DNA from: Bilabrum cf. latius
Lineage: Eukaryota
Assembly (NCBI GenBank): GCA_965178125.1
Contig: OZ237743.1
Coordinates: 124,001 to 188,000, forward strand
DNA: 64,000 nucleotides
Direction of reading: 5' to 3'
In this document: positions 46,801 through 58,400 of the stretch, in pieces
Position numbering within the stretch: the stretch's first letter is position 1
How the letters are laid out: every line of letters begins with the position of its first letter
Program-made: the position numbers and the translations under genes
Notes under the pieces: model-generated
Databases searched by the model: none
Told to the model about the DNA's origin: nothing
What the model saw: the letters and a program-made list of their open reading frames with translations, nothing else

Positions 46801-49800
46801 CAAGGTGCAGATTGGCGTAATCGCGCAGCTGCACCGTTGCCTGCACCCGGGGGTCGTGCGCGCACTCAGTGATGCTGCCAAGCGGCATGCTTGGGTCGGC
46901 AGGGCACTCGCGCTGAACTCCAGCGTGCTTGCTGCAGCGGCGGAGGGCAAGGCTGCTGGCTTCGTGGCTGCCATTCGGGCCCTTCCTGCCGGCGCTCAGC
47001 TGACGGGAGGGGGGATTCAAGACGAGAACGAGTCCGGCTTGCTGGATGCCATGATCAAGCACGACTCGATCGCGCTCCTGGATCGCCTCCCAAGAAAGTA
47101 CCCCCTCGGATCCGCTGATTACTCGGATGTCAGCGCATGGTTCCAGCTGCTGGGAAAGAAGGACTCGGAATCAAAAATGTGGGTGCAGGCGCTGTCCAAC
47201 GCGCGGTCCAAGGCGGCAGTGGCAGCGGCCCTGCTGCAGTCCACTGCTCAAGGTACCGTGCTGCACGTGGCATCGAAGCGGCCAGGAGGCGTTGACGCGA
47301 TTGAAACCATGCTGGACGTGCTTGCCAGCGCGCCGTCAGCCAAAGTGGCGGGGCACGGGCCGCACGTGGGTGGCAATGTGATGCATGTTGCCGCTGCCGT
47401 TCTTCCGGGGGCTGCCCCTTTGCAAGATTTTCTGCAGAAGCTGCGTCGCTCCCTTGGTCGACGGGAGGACGTGCTTGCTGGGCTGCTCCAGCAGCGAGAC
47501 TGCAGCGGAAAGACGCCGCTGCACTACACCTGTGAGCACTCGCACGACCCCCGCACTGTGCAGCTGATGGTCGAGGCCGGCGCAAGCCCCATGCGAGCCT
47601 GACGGCACCGGCAGCACGCCGCTCATGACTGCAATCCGCTCCGGATCGGACCGGGTCGCGGCAGAGGTCATTCGCCTGGCACGGTAGGAGAGCCCCGTGA
47701 GTCTATCGTACGAAGATGCGACGGGAGCGACTGCGTTTTCTCTAGCTGCGGAGCACGCCTCTGTCACCTTGCTGAGGCTACTAGCACCTTCTGTCCCAAT
47801 GGATGTGCGCAATGCCTTTGACAGCATCGGGCGGAGCGCTGTCATGCTGGCCGCAGAGTCCGGCCGAGAAGACGTGCTGCAGGTGCTGGTGGAGGACCTC
47901 AAGTGCGACCCAAGCCTTCAGACTCCCGGACGAGTGCAGCTTCCCGTTCGAAACGCCAATGAAGACGACACAGCTCGCCGCATGCTCCCGGATGAAGAGG
48001 CCGGGAGCACGGCGCTGCACGTTGCGGCGCGCGCCGGATCCACATCATGCGTGCGAATGTTGTGTCAAATGGGTCTATCTATGTCTGCAAAGAACAGCAT
48101 AGAGGAGACCCCTGCCTACCTGCTGGTCCGTTCTGGACGACACGACGCCGTCGACATCCTGGTGGAGCTGGTGGGCCTCCCAGCTCGGGCTAGCCAATCC
48201 AGGCCAGGCAGTGCAGGCATCGCATCGGCGGGCGCAGGACCAAATATTGGTAAAGAAGATGTTTCGAGCTCAGTCATGCCCCTCGAGTTGTTCTCCAGCT
48301 GCATGGAAGCTGCAGCACACGCGGACGAAGGCCCCCTCATACTGCAGCTAGTTGAAATCGGTGTTGACCCGAATTCAGTTGCAACATTCGCGTTCGGCGG
48401 AAGCCCGCTGCACACCGCGGCGTAGCGGGGCAGCTGCAACGCAATCACTGCGCTGCTGTGCGCAGGGGCAGATCCTAGCATCCGAGACAAGCACGGTCGC
48501 ACGCCCCTTCACGTTGCAGCCGCGGCTGGGAAGCTCGGGGCCGCTCGCCTGCTGCTTGCAGAGCCTGGTCAGTGGGAAGACATTGACACCGAGGCGGGCC
48601 ACGCCGTGGATCACGCAACCGCCTTGGGTCTCGCGGTCAAGAGCAGGTCCGTTGGGATCGTTGCCCTGCTTCTCTCCGCGGGGGCCTCCCCGGACGTGCA
48701 CGACTCGTCCGGCAAGACGCCTCTATAGCACCTCGCCTTGGCCGCTGCCAGTGGAGTCGCATCAAGCGACGAAATAGACATGATGGCACTGCTAGAGGAG
48801 GCATCGAAGGTATTGGCTCCTTATGGCGACTCTGTGTCTGCCAAAGGGGCAGATGCAAGGACGATGACAAGCGCTGGTGAAGGAGCACGACCAGGTTTAG
48901 GGGCTGATTCAGTAGAGCCTGCTTCAGCAATTGTATCAGCTGGCGCACCAGCTGCAGTTTCTGTTCTATCTAACGTACCACCAGTCGTGATGCAGCGGAT
49001 CAAGCACGCTGAGAAACAACCAATGGTGCTGCAATGCATGGAGGCACGAGCAAGTGCTGGCAGTCATCTCGCGCCTTCGGCTGCATCGACCAACGCGGCA
49101 ATCGCAGGGTCCGACTTCCGAAGGTTTCGTGGATCCGCGATTGCGACAAAAGGGGAATCGGTCAGCCCAGTAAAGTATATTGCATCTAGCGCATTGGTCC
49201 CCACGGAATCATCAGCATCCTCCTCATCCCCGAAACCATCGGCAAGTTCGCCCATGGCCCGGGACTCTCTGCTAGGCCGTGCCTTGGGCAGCCCGCGCTC
49301 ACCCCCGGGGCCAACAGGTGAAGCGATGGCAAGTCCTCGATCTCACTACGATACCGGGCCGTCCCGCATCCACCAAGAGATAGCGGAGGGACTGGCCGAA
49401 AGCGAGTGTCCTTTCAGTGATGTGCTGCCCGTGGCCGCCGCACGGTGGCCACCCCTGGCACTGGGGCACAGCCCGAGGGCCTGGGGCATGCTCGTAGGCC
49501 GACTGGCAGCCACCGCAGGATCAAGTGGGGTGGACATGCTGTGCAGTCGCACTGCCAAGGACGGGGCCGTAGAAGACTTGTTGAGTGTGGGGCAGCACCT
49601 GCTGGACCTTGCCTCGATTCTGTAGTACGGTCGATCTCTGGAATGCGAACGGTTGCTAAAGGAAGCGACTCAGGCACTAGCTGCTGTGAGATTACCGTAG
49701 CTCCCTGTCTAGGCCGCAGGGACGATGTCCCGCTCTCCACCTGTCCTTCCCCCCTTGAGCGGCAGCGGCGCCATGTCGCCCAGGACTCGAGTGGCTCCTC

Positions 49801-52313
49801 TCAAGCTGCATGGGTTGAAGGGGGCCAGGGGTGCAGCGGGGTCCTCAGGTGCAGTGCCACTAAGGAGCCTATTGGGCGTGCTGCGGGTAGAGTGGCAGCG
49901 CGCACTTGCCAGGAAATTCCCTGATCATGACCCGCGAGAAACAGCCAGTAGCTTCCGGTCGGCGACTTTGCCATACGGGCTGCCGGATGAAGCAGTGGGG
50001 CACATCTAGAGGCGCTTTCAGAGCCTGTCTAGAACAGAATCAGAGCTTGGTTCGTCTTCGAATCTCATCGATCACCTGAGGCGGCTGGGAGACGGCCTAA
50101 GGTCATGCCGAGGCATTCCAACGAATGAGGCAGAGTGGGCTGGGGCCGCAGCTCTGTTGGGCGCGCTGCGAGTGGCGGTCCGTGCTCACTTCAGGATCGT
50201 GCCATACACGACCTAGCTCTTCGCCATCCTTGGACTGCTGGATGTGCGGTCTATGGGAGGGGTATGCAAGCCAGATGGCAAGGGCTAGGATGCGGCGGGG
50301 GCAGCCTCTACATCTGCTGCGACTGGCAGCTCTGCAGGATGCAGCTCGCGGTCTGCATCCTCAAATCATGAAGACAAATAGCTGAACCCTTCGGAGGCCA
50401 GAGGTCGAATCGCAGAGATCAGGACGGGTGAAGGCAAGTCCATCACTATTGCGCTGCTCGTTGCATACTTGGGTCTCTGCGGCAGGAATGTTGACGTCAT
50501 CACGTCGTCTCAGTATCTCGCACAGCGTGACGTTGAGCAGTTCTCCGGGTTCTACCGCTCTGTCGGTTTAACTAGCGGGCACATATGCACTCATAGCCCG
50601 GCACCCCAGCAATTCGAGCCGCAGGTGTTGTACGGCACCAACACGGACTTCGAGTTTGCAGTTCTCCGTAAGATGCTGCGCTGGCCAGGGGCCGGTGTGA
50701 CGCGCACTGGTGAAGCGAGGCCAGCCGACGCAGTGGTGGTGGACGAGGTCGATAACTTGCTGCTGGACACGGCCGCTTCCCCTGCTCGGCTGGCCGCGCC
50801 CTCTGTGCACAACACCTCCTGGTGTTTCAAGCCGATATTGGAAGCAGTCCGCGCTGGAGTGCGCGAATCAGATGCGGTGCGGGCTGCGCTTACTTCCTTC
50901 ATGGGTGGCCGCATGGCCTCTGTTGCAAGGCGCTTCGAGGACTCCTAGCTGAACCAGTGGGTGCAGTCCGCTCGAGCCGCAGAACAAAAGACGCGGAACA
51001 AGGACTATGTGGTGCAGGACGGAAAGGTGGTCATTGTCGACTATTCCAATACGGGGCAGCTCAGATACGGCTCGCGCTGGTCCCAGGGGATCCACGAGTT
51101 TGTCGAAGCCAAGGAGGGCCTGGAGCCCGAATCGGCCAACCTGACTATCGCTTCGCTGGCGCACCCAAGCTTTTTCAGCAGGTATGATCTGCTGCTGGGA
51201 GTCACTGGAACCATGGGAGCGAAGGAGGAGAGGCAGGAAGTCGCGGGTGTCTATAAGTGCCTTTCGTTCGACGTTCCCACGCACAGGCCCCGCCGGCTGC
51301 GGCAGCTACCGATGGTCTTGCACGACGTCCCGACCCGCCGCGAGTTTGGACAGCGCGTGATTGAAGCTGCCAGCGCCGAAGCAGACAAGGGTCGGCCCGT
51401 GCTCGTTTTGTGCCTCTCTCTGCAAGATACGGTGCTGCTGCGCGAGCTGGCTGCAGCCGTCAGGCTGCCCAAGGTGCAGCTGCTGACCAAGGTCCAGGAC
51501 GAGGACGAGGAGCTGGTCGTGATGCGAGCCGGGGCCCCGGGGACCGTGACCATCGCTACGAATGCTGCTGGGCGAGGGACCGACATTCGACTCACACCAG
51601 AGTCTGTGGAGGCGGGGGGGCTCCACGTCATCGTCTCATTTCTTCCTGACAACCTGCGGGTGGAGGAGCAGGGTATCGGACGCGCTGGCAGGCAGGGGCA
51701 GCCGGGTACTGCCCAGCTGCTGCTTGACCTGCAGCGAGACCCCGGCGCAAGAGCTGTCACCAATGGAATGACGATGTTGCCGATGATCCGACATACTCTG
51801 GACGAACCGAAGCTGCGATCCATGCGCGATGACCACGTCAAGAGAGTGTCTGCGTATCGCAGTAAGCTGGCAGCCAAGGAAAAGGAGCGGTTTGCGGTCA
51901 TGGCTGCCTTCGAGCGAGATCTTGCGACTCTCGAGGGAGCCCAGTCATTGAGTAGCAGCGCGCAGGCTAGCAAGCAGCCAGCAGCGGCATCATCGTCTAC
52001 AGCATCCTCTGCGTCGGCCTCCACAGCTACAGCCCCGTCCACTGGGACAGCTCCAAGACTACGGCAAGTGCTTCTTTCCCAAGGGCGGGCGCTCCTTGCC
52101 GATCCCAAGCGGCTGCGCGGCGGCGCTGTGTAGGTGGTGCTGCAGCAGTGGGGCGTGCTGTTTGACGCAATTTGCGACAGCGACAGCGCTTCTGGTGGTG
52201 TGGGTGAGGATGGTGGCGCAATTAAGAAGTCGCCGGCAGCCCGCTATGAGGCTTGGCGGGCCGATTGGATCCCAGCTGCACCACAATAGTGGCTTGAAGG
52301 TTTAGCTACTTGA
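40817..52313 (+). CDS. Giant (~3,830 aa) protein: basic N-terminal domain, Gly linker, coiled coil, ankyrin repeats and a C-terminal SecA-like SF2 ATPase; one frameshift near 47587-47602
   Basis: Same-frame ORFs joined by about 18 TAGs. Ankyrin TPLH/TPLL repeats at about 44720-48730. SecA motifs PYTT[TAG]L, AEIRTGEGKS, YLAQRD, YGTN, VVDEVD, RWSQGIHEFVEAKE, GVTGT, ATNAAGRGTDI, GGLHVI and RVEEQGIGRAGRQG. Ends at TGA 52311-52313. The start may be upstream (40691 or 40751). Confidence 0.8.
41405..41511 (+). repeat. 9-bp tandem repeat (GGAAGCGGG)n encoding a GGS linker
   Basis: Read directly from the sequence. Confidence 0.9.
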
Positions 52314-52498
52314 CCGATCCACCATGAGCTGCGCAATCAATTCATGAAAAATCTTTGAATCTTTCCAAAACAAGTGTGCACCACAAGAGCAGCGTGCCCG
52401 TCACACTACACTCTGTCTCAGAGGCTCCACACGCTGCTAACCAAAATCGTGCGTGCCTCTTTCCCTCGCACCACAGCGGCAAGTACCTGCTTCCCAGC

Positions 52499-55400
52499 TT
52501 ACGCGCGCGCAGGGGGCGCCAGCGCGCGCTGTAGCTCCCGAATGGACACGAAGCTGTCTGCATCCGCGTCTGCAGCTCTCAGCACCTCCACAACTTCGGC
52601 GTCCGGCATGGGCAGATTCAGTCTGCCCACAAGATCTGGGAGGTCTGCCACGAGCAAGCGACCTGCCTTGCTGACGTCTAGTTGGCGGAACAGCTCGTCC
52701 GGGTCCCAGCCCTTTGCTCGTAGGGCATTTCTCACCTTCTGTACTCGCTGCTCACTGTCATGCAGCGCTCTTGAGTCCCGAACGGTAAGCAGCTTGGCCA
52801 TGGGTGAGCCAACCCACTCGACCGCCCCGGTCCGACGACGCAGGCACAGGCGCTCGAAGAACAGTTTCCGATCAGGGGTTGGAACCTTGCCGATCTGCTC
52901 TAGCGCGGCCGCAGCTGCTTCATCTGGCAAGTGCAAGTCGCAGTTGATGAATTTCCCGAGAGCGATGCGGACGTCGGAGCCGGGTGCTTTGGTGACCTTC
53001 GGCCTGCCGGCTGCATCTATGAGGGTGGAAATGGGGATGTTCCAGAGCTGTAGCTGCCCAAACCGCGAGTCCCCAGTTGCAGAAAGCTTGCAATCGAGGT
53101 GAATGGCTCGCCTTACGGCCTCTGCCTCGGCCAGCGAAAGGATGACCATGGGTGTCGGTGTCCCGAGACCCTGCCCGCCTGCAGCTGCCGTCTCGCGCGA
53201 GTCGTCGAAGGTCATGCCTACTCTGGCAATCTTGACGCTGTATTGCGGCAGGTTTGTGGCCTCCTGCAACGTGAATCGTTCAGTGAGCAGCATCCCTGGT
53301 GCGAGAGCGGAGAGCTTGGGCGCGTCGTCATCCACCTTCCAAGTCGATGCCTGAAAGGCAGAGCCGCCCAATGCCTCGCGGAGGGTCTTCTCCGCACCTT
53401 GAGCATCCCGTCTTGCTACGGCCGACTGGATGGCGGAGATTTTGGTCCTCAGCTCATCGATGCTCCAGGGCTTTGGCTCCGGTAGCTCCATGTCTGGCCG
53501 CTTGTACCAGTTCACCTGCGAATATGGCACAGCAAGCAAATAATGTAAAAGGGACAAAAATGCAGCTAGCGTTGCATTGGGGTCGAGACTAGCAAATAGG
53601 TGTGCAGTGTATATGCGTAAGATGAGCAGGAAGACCAATCCATCTCTGTCTCACATACTACAGCTCCTTCTCCTGGTCCTGCTCTCGCTCTGCCTCTTGC
53701 AGCACTTCCTGCTCCTGCTCCTACTCCTGGTCGAAGTTGTCCGCCCGCTTCGCGGCCGTGCCACCCCCACTGGTCCCATGCGCGTTGCGCTCTAGCACCG
53801 CGTCAATCCTTCGCTCCGCTATGCCTCCCCTCACGAAACCATAGAGCTCATCTCGAGCCCAGGACGCGAGAGAGACCAGAGATGCCGACTCCTGACCAGT
53901 ACCGCCTGCGCCGGCCTCCGTCGGAAGCCTCGGGGTAAAGTCCACACTCTCCCTGAAGACTGCCACCCTCTGCAGCACCTCCCGGTACTGCAGCACCAAC
54001 CCCTGCTTTGCGTACTGCCGCCCCTGGATCCCATACATCTCCAACAGGTCGTCAAAGGCCGCCCGCCTCCACACGTTCGACAAGTCCTGCTTGCACAGCT
54101 GCTGGAACTGCAAGCTCTCGTGCTCGATGCTATTGCGCACCAGCCAGCCCATCACGCTCCGGATCTTGGGATCACGAGCGAAAGCTTCCGCGCCAACTGC
54201 CTGCTTTACCAGCCCCTGCACCTCTGGCACCACACACAACCGGATGGTCTGTCCCTTTGCAATGCCTCTCATGCGCCAGGCCGCCTGAGCGGCGTCCCTG
54301 AATGTGCAGTCCTTGCCAAGGGTGAGCACGGCGCGAGCATTGGGAGCCTGCTTGATGTCTGTGCCTGTCGTGTGCGCGTGAGAGTATATGCAGAAGCGGC
54401 GATCCTTGGGCAGGCCTGCCTCGTCCAAAGGCACCGGCTCAGCTTTGCCCCGAACCAGTACCATCTTGTGGTTGTCCTCGTCCATGTAGACGCAGCCCTG
54501 CATCGTTTGCAGCCCCACCCGTAGCATGTAGGCCGCCGCCTGCCTGTTATTCATCCCGGTAATCAGCGCGCCGGCGTCGATGAGAGCGTGGAAAGGAGGG
54601 TGCGCATTCGCGATCGATTTCAGCAGGCCAGGCACGGTCCACTCGCGACCGGGAATCAGCTCGTCGCTGGAGTCCCACACCACTTGCGGGTCCGTCAGCA
54701 CGTCGAGGAACCTTCCCTCCGAACCCGGCTCGAAGTCGCACTCGCCCAGGTCCAGGGGAGCCAGGGCAGAGGGCGTTCCCGAGAAGCCGTACCTGGCGCC
54801 AAAGAGGCAGTCGGACCCTAGGTCCACGCCAGAAGAGGAAAACTTGGCCTCCTTGTGGGTAGTCACCTCGGGAAACACGTATTTTACCATCCACATGCGG
54901 ACCATGGGCCCGAACAACCGGAACAGCCGGCACGCATCGGCCATCTGTTCCGGATCTGACGGCTGCATGAACTCCAGGGGCGCGATATCTGGAGGACCCA
55001 GCTGCGCCTCCGAATAGGCAGCTTCTGAGATTCCGAGCGCTTCAGCACTCGGAAGTTGGATCGCAGTCTTGGCTTTGGCCTAGTCCAAGCTGGCCGTCCT
55101 CTGCCTGACTCGGGCAGCCTCAATCGCCCGCCAAGCCGCGCCGTACCTAGACAGCCACACCGTCCTTGCATCATCTGTCCAGTGGCCAAACTCGATCCGA
55201 GAGGGTCTCTGGCGGTGTGGCCCACTTTCGCACCCCATTTGAAACCTCTGGTGCTAGATGATCCGCGCCACGTGCCTGGGCATGAGCCCCTCATTGAGGT
55301 AGGCGGCTGTTGTGATCCCGATGAGGCAGTCGGGCTGAGCGAAGGAAGACATCTCGGAGGGGACGTCCTTCCCCACGAATGGCACGGCTGTCTTTAACCT

Positions 55401-58400
55401 CTCCTTTCCCAGCCCGTTCCCACCCAGTTCTTCCATCCGCTTGATGTCACCTGGCCGAAGCAGGCCGTACGTAACCCGGTCCACCTTGCCTAGCACGTGC
55501 GCCAGCAGGCTGTCGAGCCAGTCCAGAACGATCTTTAGCGACGCCTTGCCTGTTGGGCCAAGTTTTGGAGCAACTCGTTTGAGGGCCTACTGCGCCTGCT
55601 CATCAGTTGTGCTGGGGTCCGCCTGTAGCACCAGCGAAAGGTCAGCGCCAGAGACAGGAACAGCTTTGCTCTTGTCAGTCGTCAGGGCTCCGCAGCTCAT
55701 GAGCCACCAGACGGACCACTCCGCTGCTGCTGGCCTGAGCTCGGCGTGGTAGAAGTCCTTGCTCAGTAGCACCAGGTGAGGCGAGGACTGCAGGACGCGT
55801 TGCTCCAGTCCGGCTCGAATCACCCTGCGAAGCCGATCCATTGGTCCTCGCCCGCTCCTCATCTGGCGCAGCTTGGCTTCATCCGCAAGGTGCTCGTCCG
55901 CAGCACCTGGCGTGCCCGCGCCTGCTCCGGACTCCGCCCCCAAGGAATGCTCACCTCCTCTATTGCCACCTACAAGGGCGCAAGATTTCGGATCCCCGGC
56001 TCCTTCCAGCAAGGCTGCCATCGTGACGGTCTCCAGAAGATCAACGACATAGGTCCACCTGAATGGCCTAGGCTGCAGCGTCACGTTCTTGCCAGCGGGA
56101 TACAGCAGCTCCGACTTGAGCGGGCTTAGGATCATGTCCACCTCATCCATCAGCAAGCGACCACCCTGCGACTTGCCAAAGAGGTCAGTGATCTTTGCCA
56201 GCTCCTTCGCAGCTTCCAATGACTGCTGCTTGCTATCGTCTGACTAGCCTCCCGCCACACCCTTGCCGTCAGTACCAGCGCCGTACCCGGCTTGCTCGAT
56301 GAAGAGAAGCTGCATTGACTTGACGGCACCCGGACTGGTAAGCACCACGCCGCGCTGCTCTGCCGTATCCTCTAGTTTGCGACGCAAGGCGCCGAGGACT
56401 TCAACGCTGTCTGCAGAGTTTCTGTTGAAACCAAACGTGACGACCCGCTTTGGCATAATTCGAGCAAACGCGGCCCACATGAGGTCTTGCGTCTGGGCAA
56501 GCAGTGCAGGAGGGCACATCACTGCTGCGAGGCGCTTCCCATCCGCCATTGCGAGAACGAGGAACACAGTAAGGAAAGCCGTCTTGCCACTGCCCATCGC
56601 AAGGGAACGAACTTTGCTCTGCACGCCCGATCCGGACGGATCCAGCTGCCTAACGTAAGCTTCCAGGGCCGAAATGTCGGGCACGCCGTCCTCGTCCACA
56701 GGGACCGGGGCCTAGGAGGAACTGCCGCCTCTGAAGGACGCTTGTCTGGCGGCTGATTGCTTTGAACCAGCCGGTCCATCAGCTGCAAGCTCGCCGCGCT
56801 GGAATTGCATGGACCCAGGCAGACCGTAGAGGGGGACGCAAGCCTCTTCGCAGAAGCGACACGCCACCTCCACCTAAGCCCTGCGAAGCAGCCAGCCGTT
56901 GATGAGCTCCATCATGAGGAATCTCGAGTCCATGGATACTTCTTGCACTTCTGCGGCGCCTGCAGCCCCCTGTTCCAACTCTTTGAATTGCAGAGGCACG
57001 TCAGGAAACCTCGAGGCAAAGCTCCTAAAGCCCCTGATAGACGCAGCTAGGTCCTGCTGGGCGTATAAGAGAGCCTGTAAAGCCTCATCCGATACGGACT
57101 AGCGACCTGCAGCGGCTGCTGGGGACCCACCATGACCACTGCATGCCTTCTTGAGCATTGCTACCAGTCGCTGCGCCAGCCCAATGCACCGGTTGGCCTG
57201 CGACACGCGGTTGGCCTTGAGTGCCAATGCGTGCGTGCACTCGAGGGCAGCATGCACCTTTTCCCCGGGCATGCAGGGGTTCATGTTGAAGAGATCGAGC
57301 TCTGGGCGTGAGCTGAGTAGAGTGCCCAATAACAACTCGTCCCAGACGAGTGCGCGCTGTTTGGCCATTCGCTCAAGTCGAGTCCGTACTACCAACACAG
57401 TGGTACGCATGCTGTCGCTTCCAGCGCCCGATGCTGCAGCCCCTGCATCCCCCTGTTCATCCTGGTGGTCATCGAGGCGATTCAATGCAGCCAGCACTGA
57501 CGACAATCCCCTGCGCACATCGTCCAGGTCTGTTTGCCGCATCGCAACAAGCTCGACAAGGAGCTCCTGAAGCGTATTCAGTGCGCTGCCTGCTATGCTT
57601 GGCAGCTCGCCACAAGTTGGGAACCGCTATTTCAAGGTCCCAGCGTCAACGACCATGCACGCCATTGCCTCTTGCTACCTAGAAGCCACGATGCTCTTGT
57701 ATGTAGCGCACGAATCTTCCAGCCTATCAATCATAGAGTCGGCCACGAAAGACTTTTCGATAGGCTCCCCTGTGCCTTTGTCGAATGGCAGTTTTCCGGG
57801 CGGAACGCGGACGCTTGCCTGGGTTGCAGACAGCTGGGTTGTGTACCTCTCCGCAAGACGCCCCATGGGCATCGTTGCAAACTAGGCCAGATCGAGCTTG
57901 CTAAGCTCGACGTCCATACCGAGGCTCTGGTGCTTGTCACTTGAAGAGCCTGCGGCAGCGGATGATGTGCCTACTCGGCGGTCAAATGCCCGTAGAACCA
58001 ACGGTTTGTCCGGGCACGTGTCAAAGCAGCTGGGAGGCTCAGGCGGTAGCATATCAGACGTGACGAGCACAGCGGGGTTGTCTGCCTTCGTGGGCTTCGG
58101 CACAGGACCAGTAGGCCCAAATGAAAGGAACGTGTCGGTACGGCTGGAACCCCCCGATTTGCGCTCAATGCGCTTCTTTGGGCCGTCAACAAACGCCGAG
58201 AACCACGACTTTACCCATGACGATGTCTCCGGGCGATCCGTGTATTTCCCCAGAGGCTATGGAGGCAGTGGCCACCCGCTCGACGCGCCGTCTGTGGCCG
58301 TGGTGCCATCACAGTTGATGGATCCAGCCACAGCAGCAACGTACCAGGGGACGATCTTTCTTGAACTGACCGAAGTAGGCACGCTCCAGTCGGACTGCTT

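Noticed and set aside
50200-51800. Bacterial secA contamination or a chimeric contig
   Set aside because: The domain is fused in frame to ankyrin repeats and uses the same TAG = Gln code as its eukaryotic neighbours.
53516-53638. Hydrophobic N-terminus of track ORF 52499-53638 as a separate membrane protein
   Set aside because: It lies within the inferred GTGAG...CAG intron of the DUF3638 gene.
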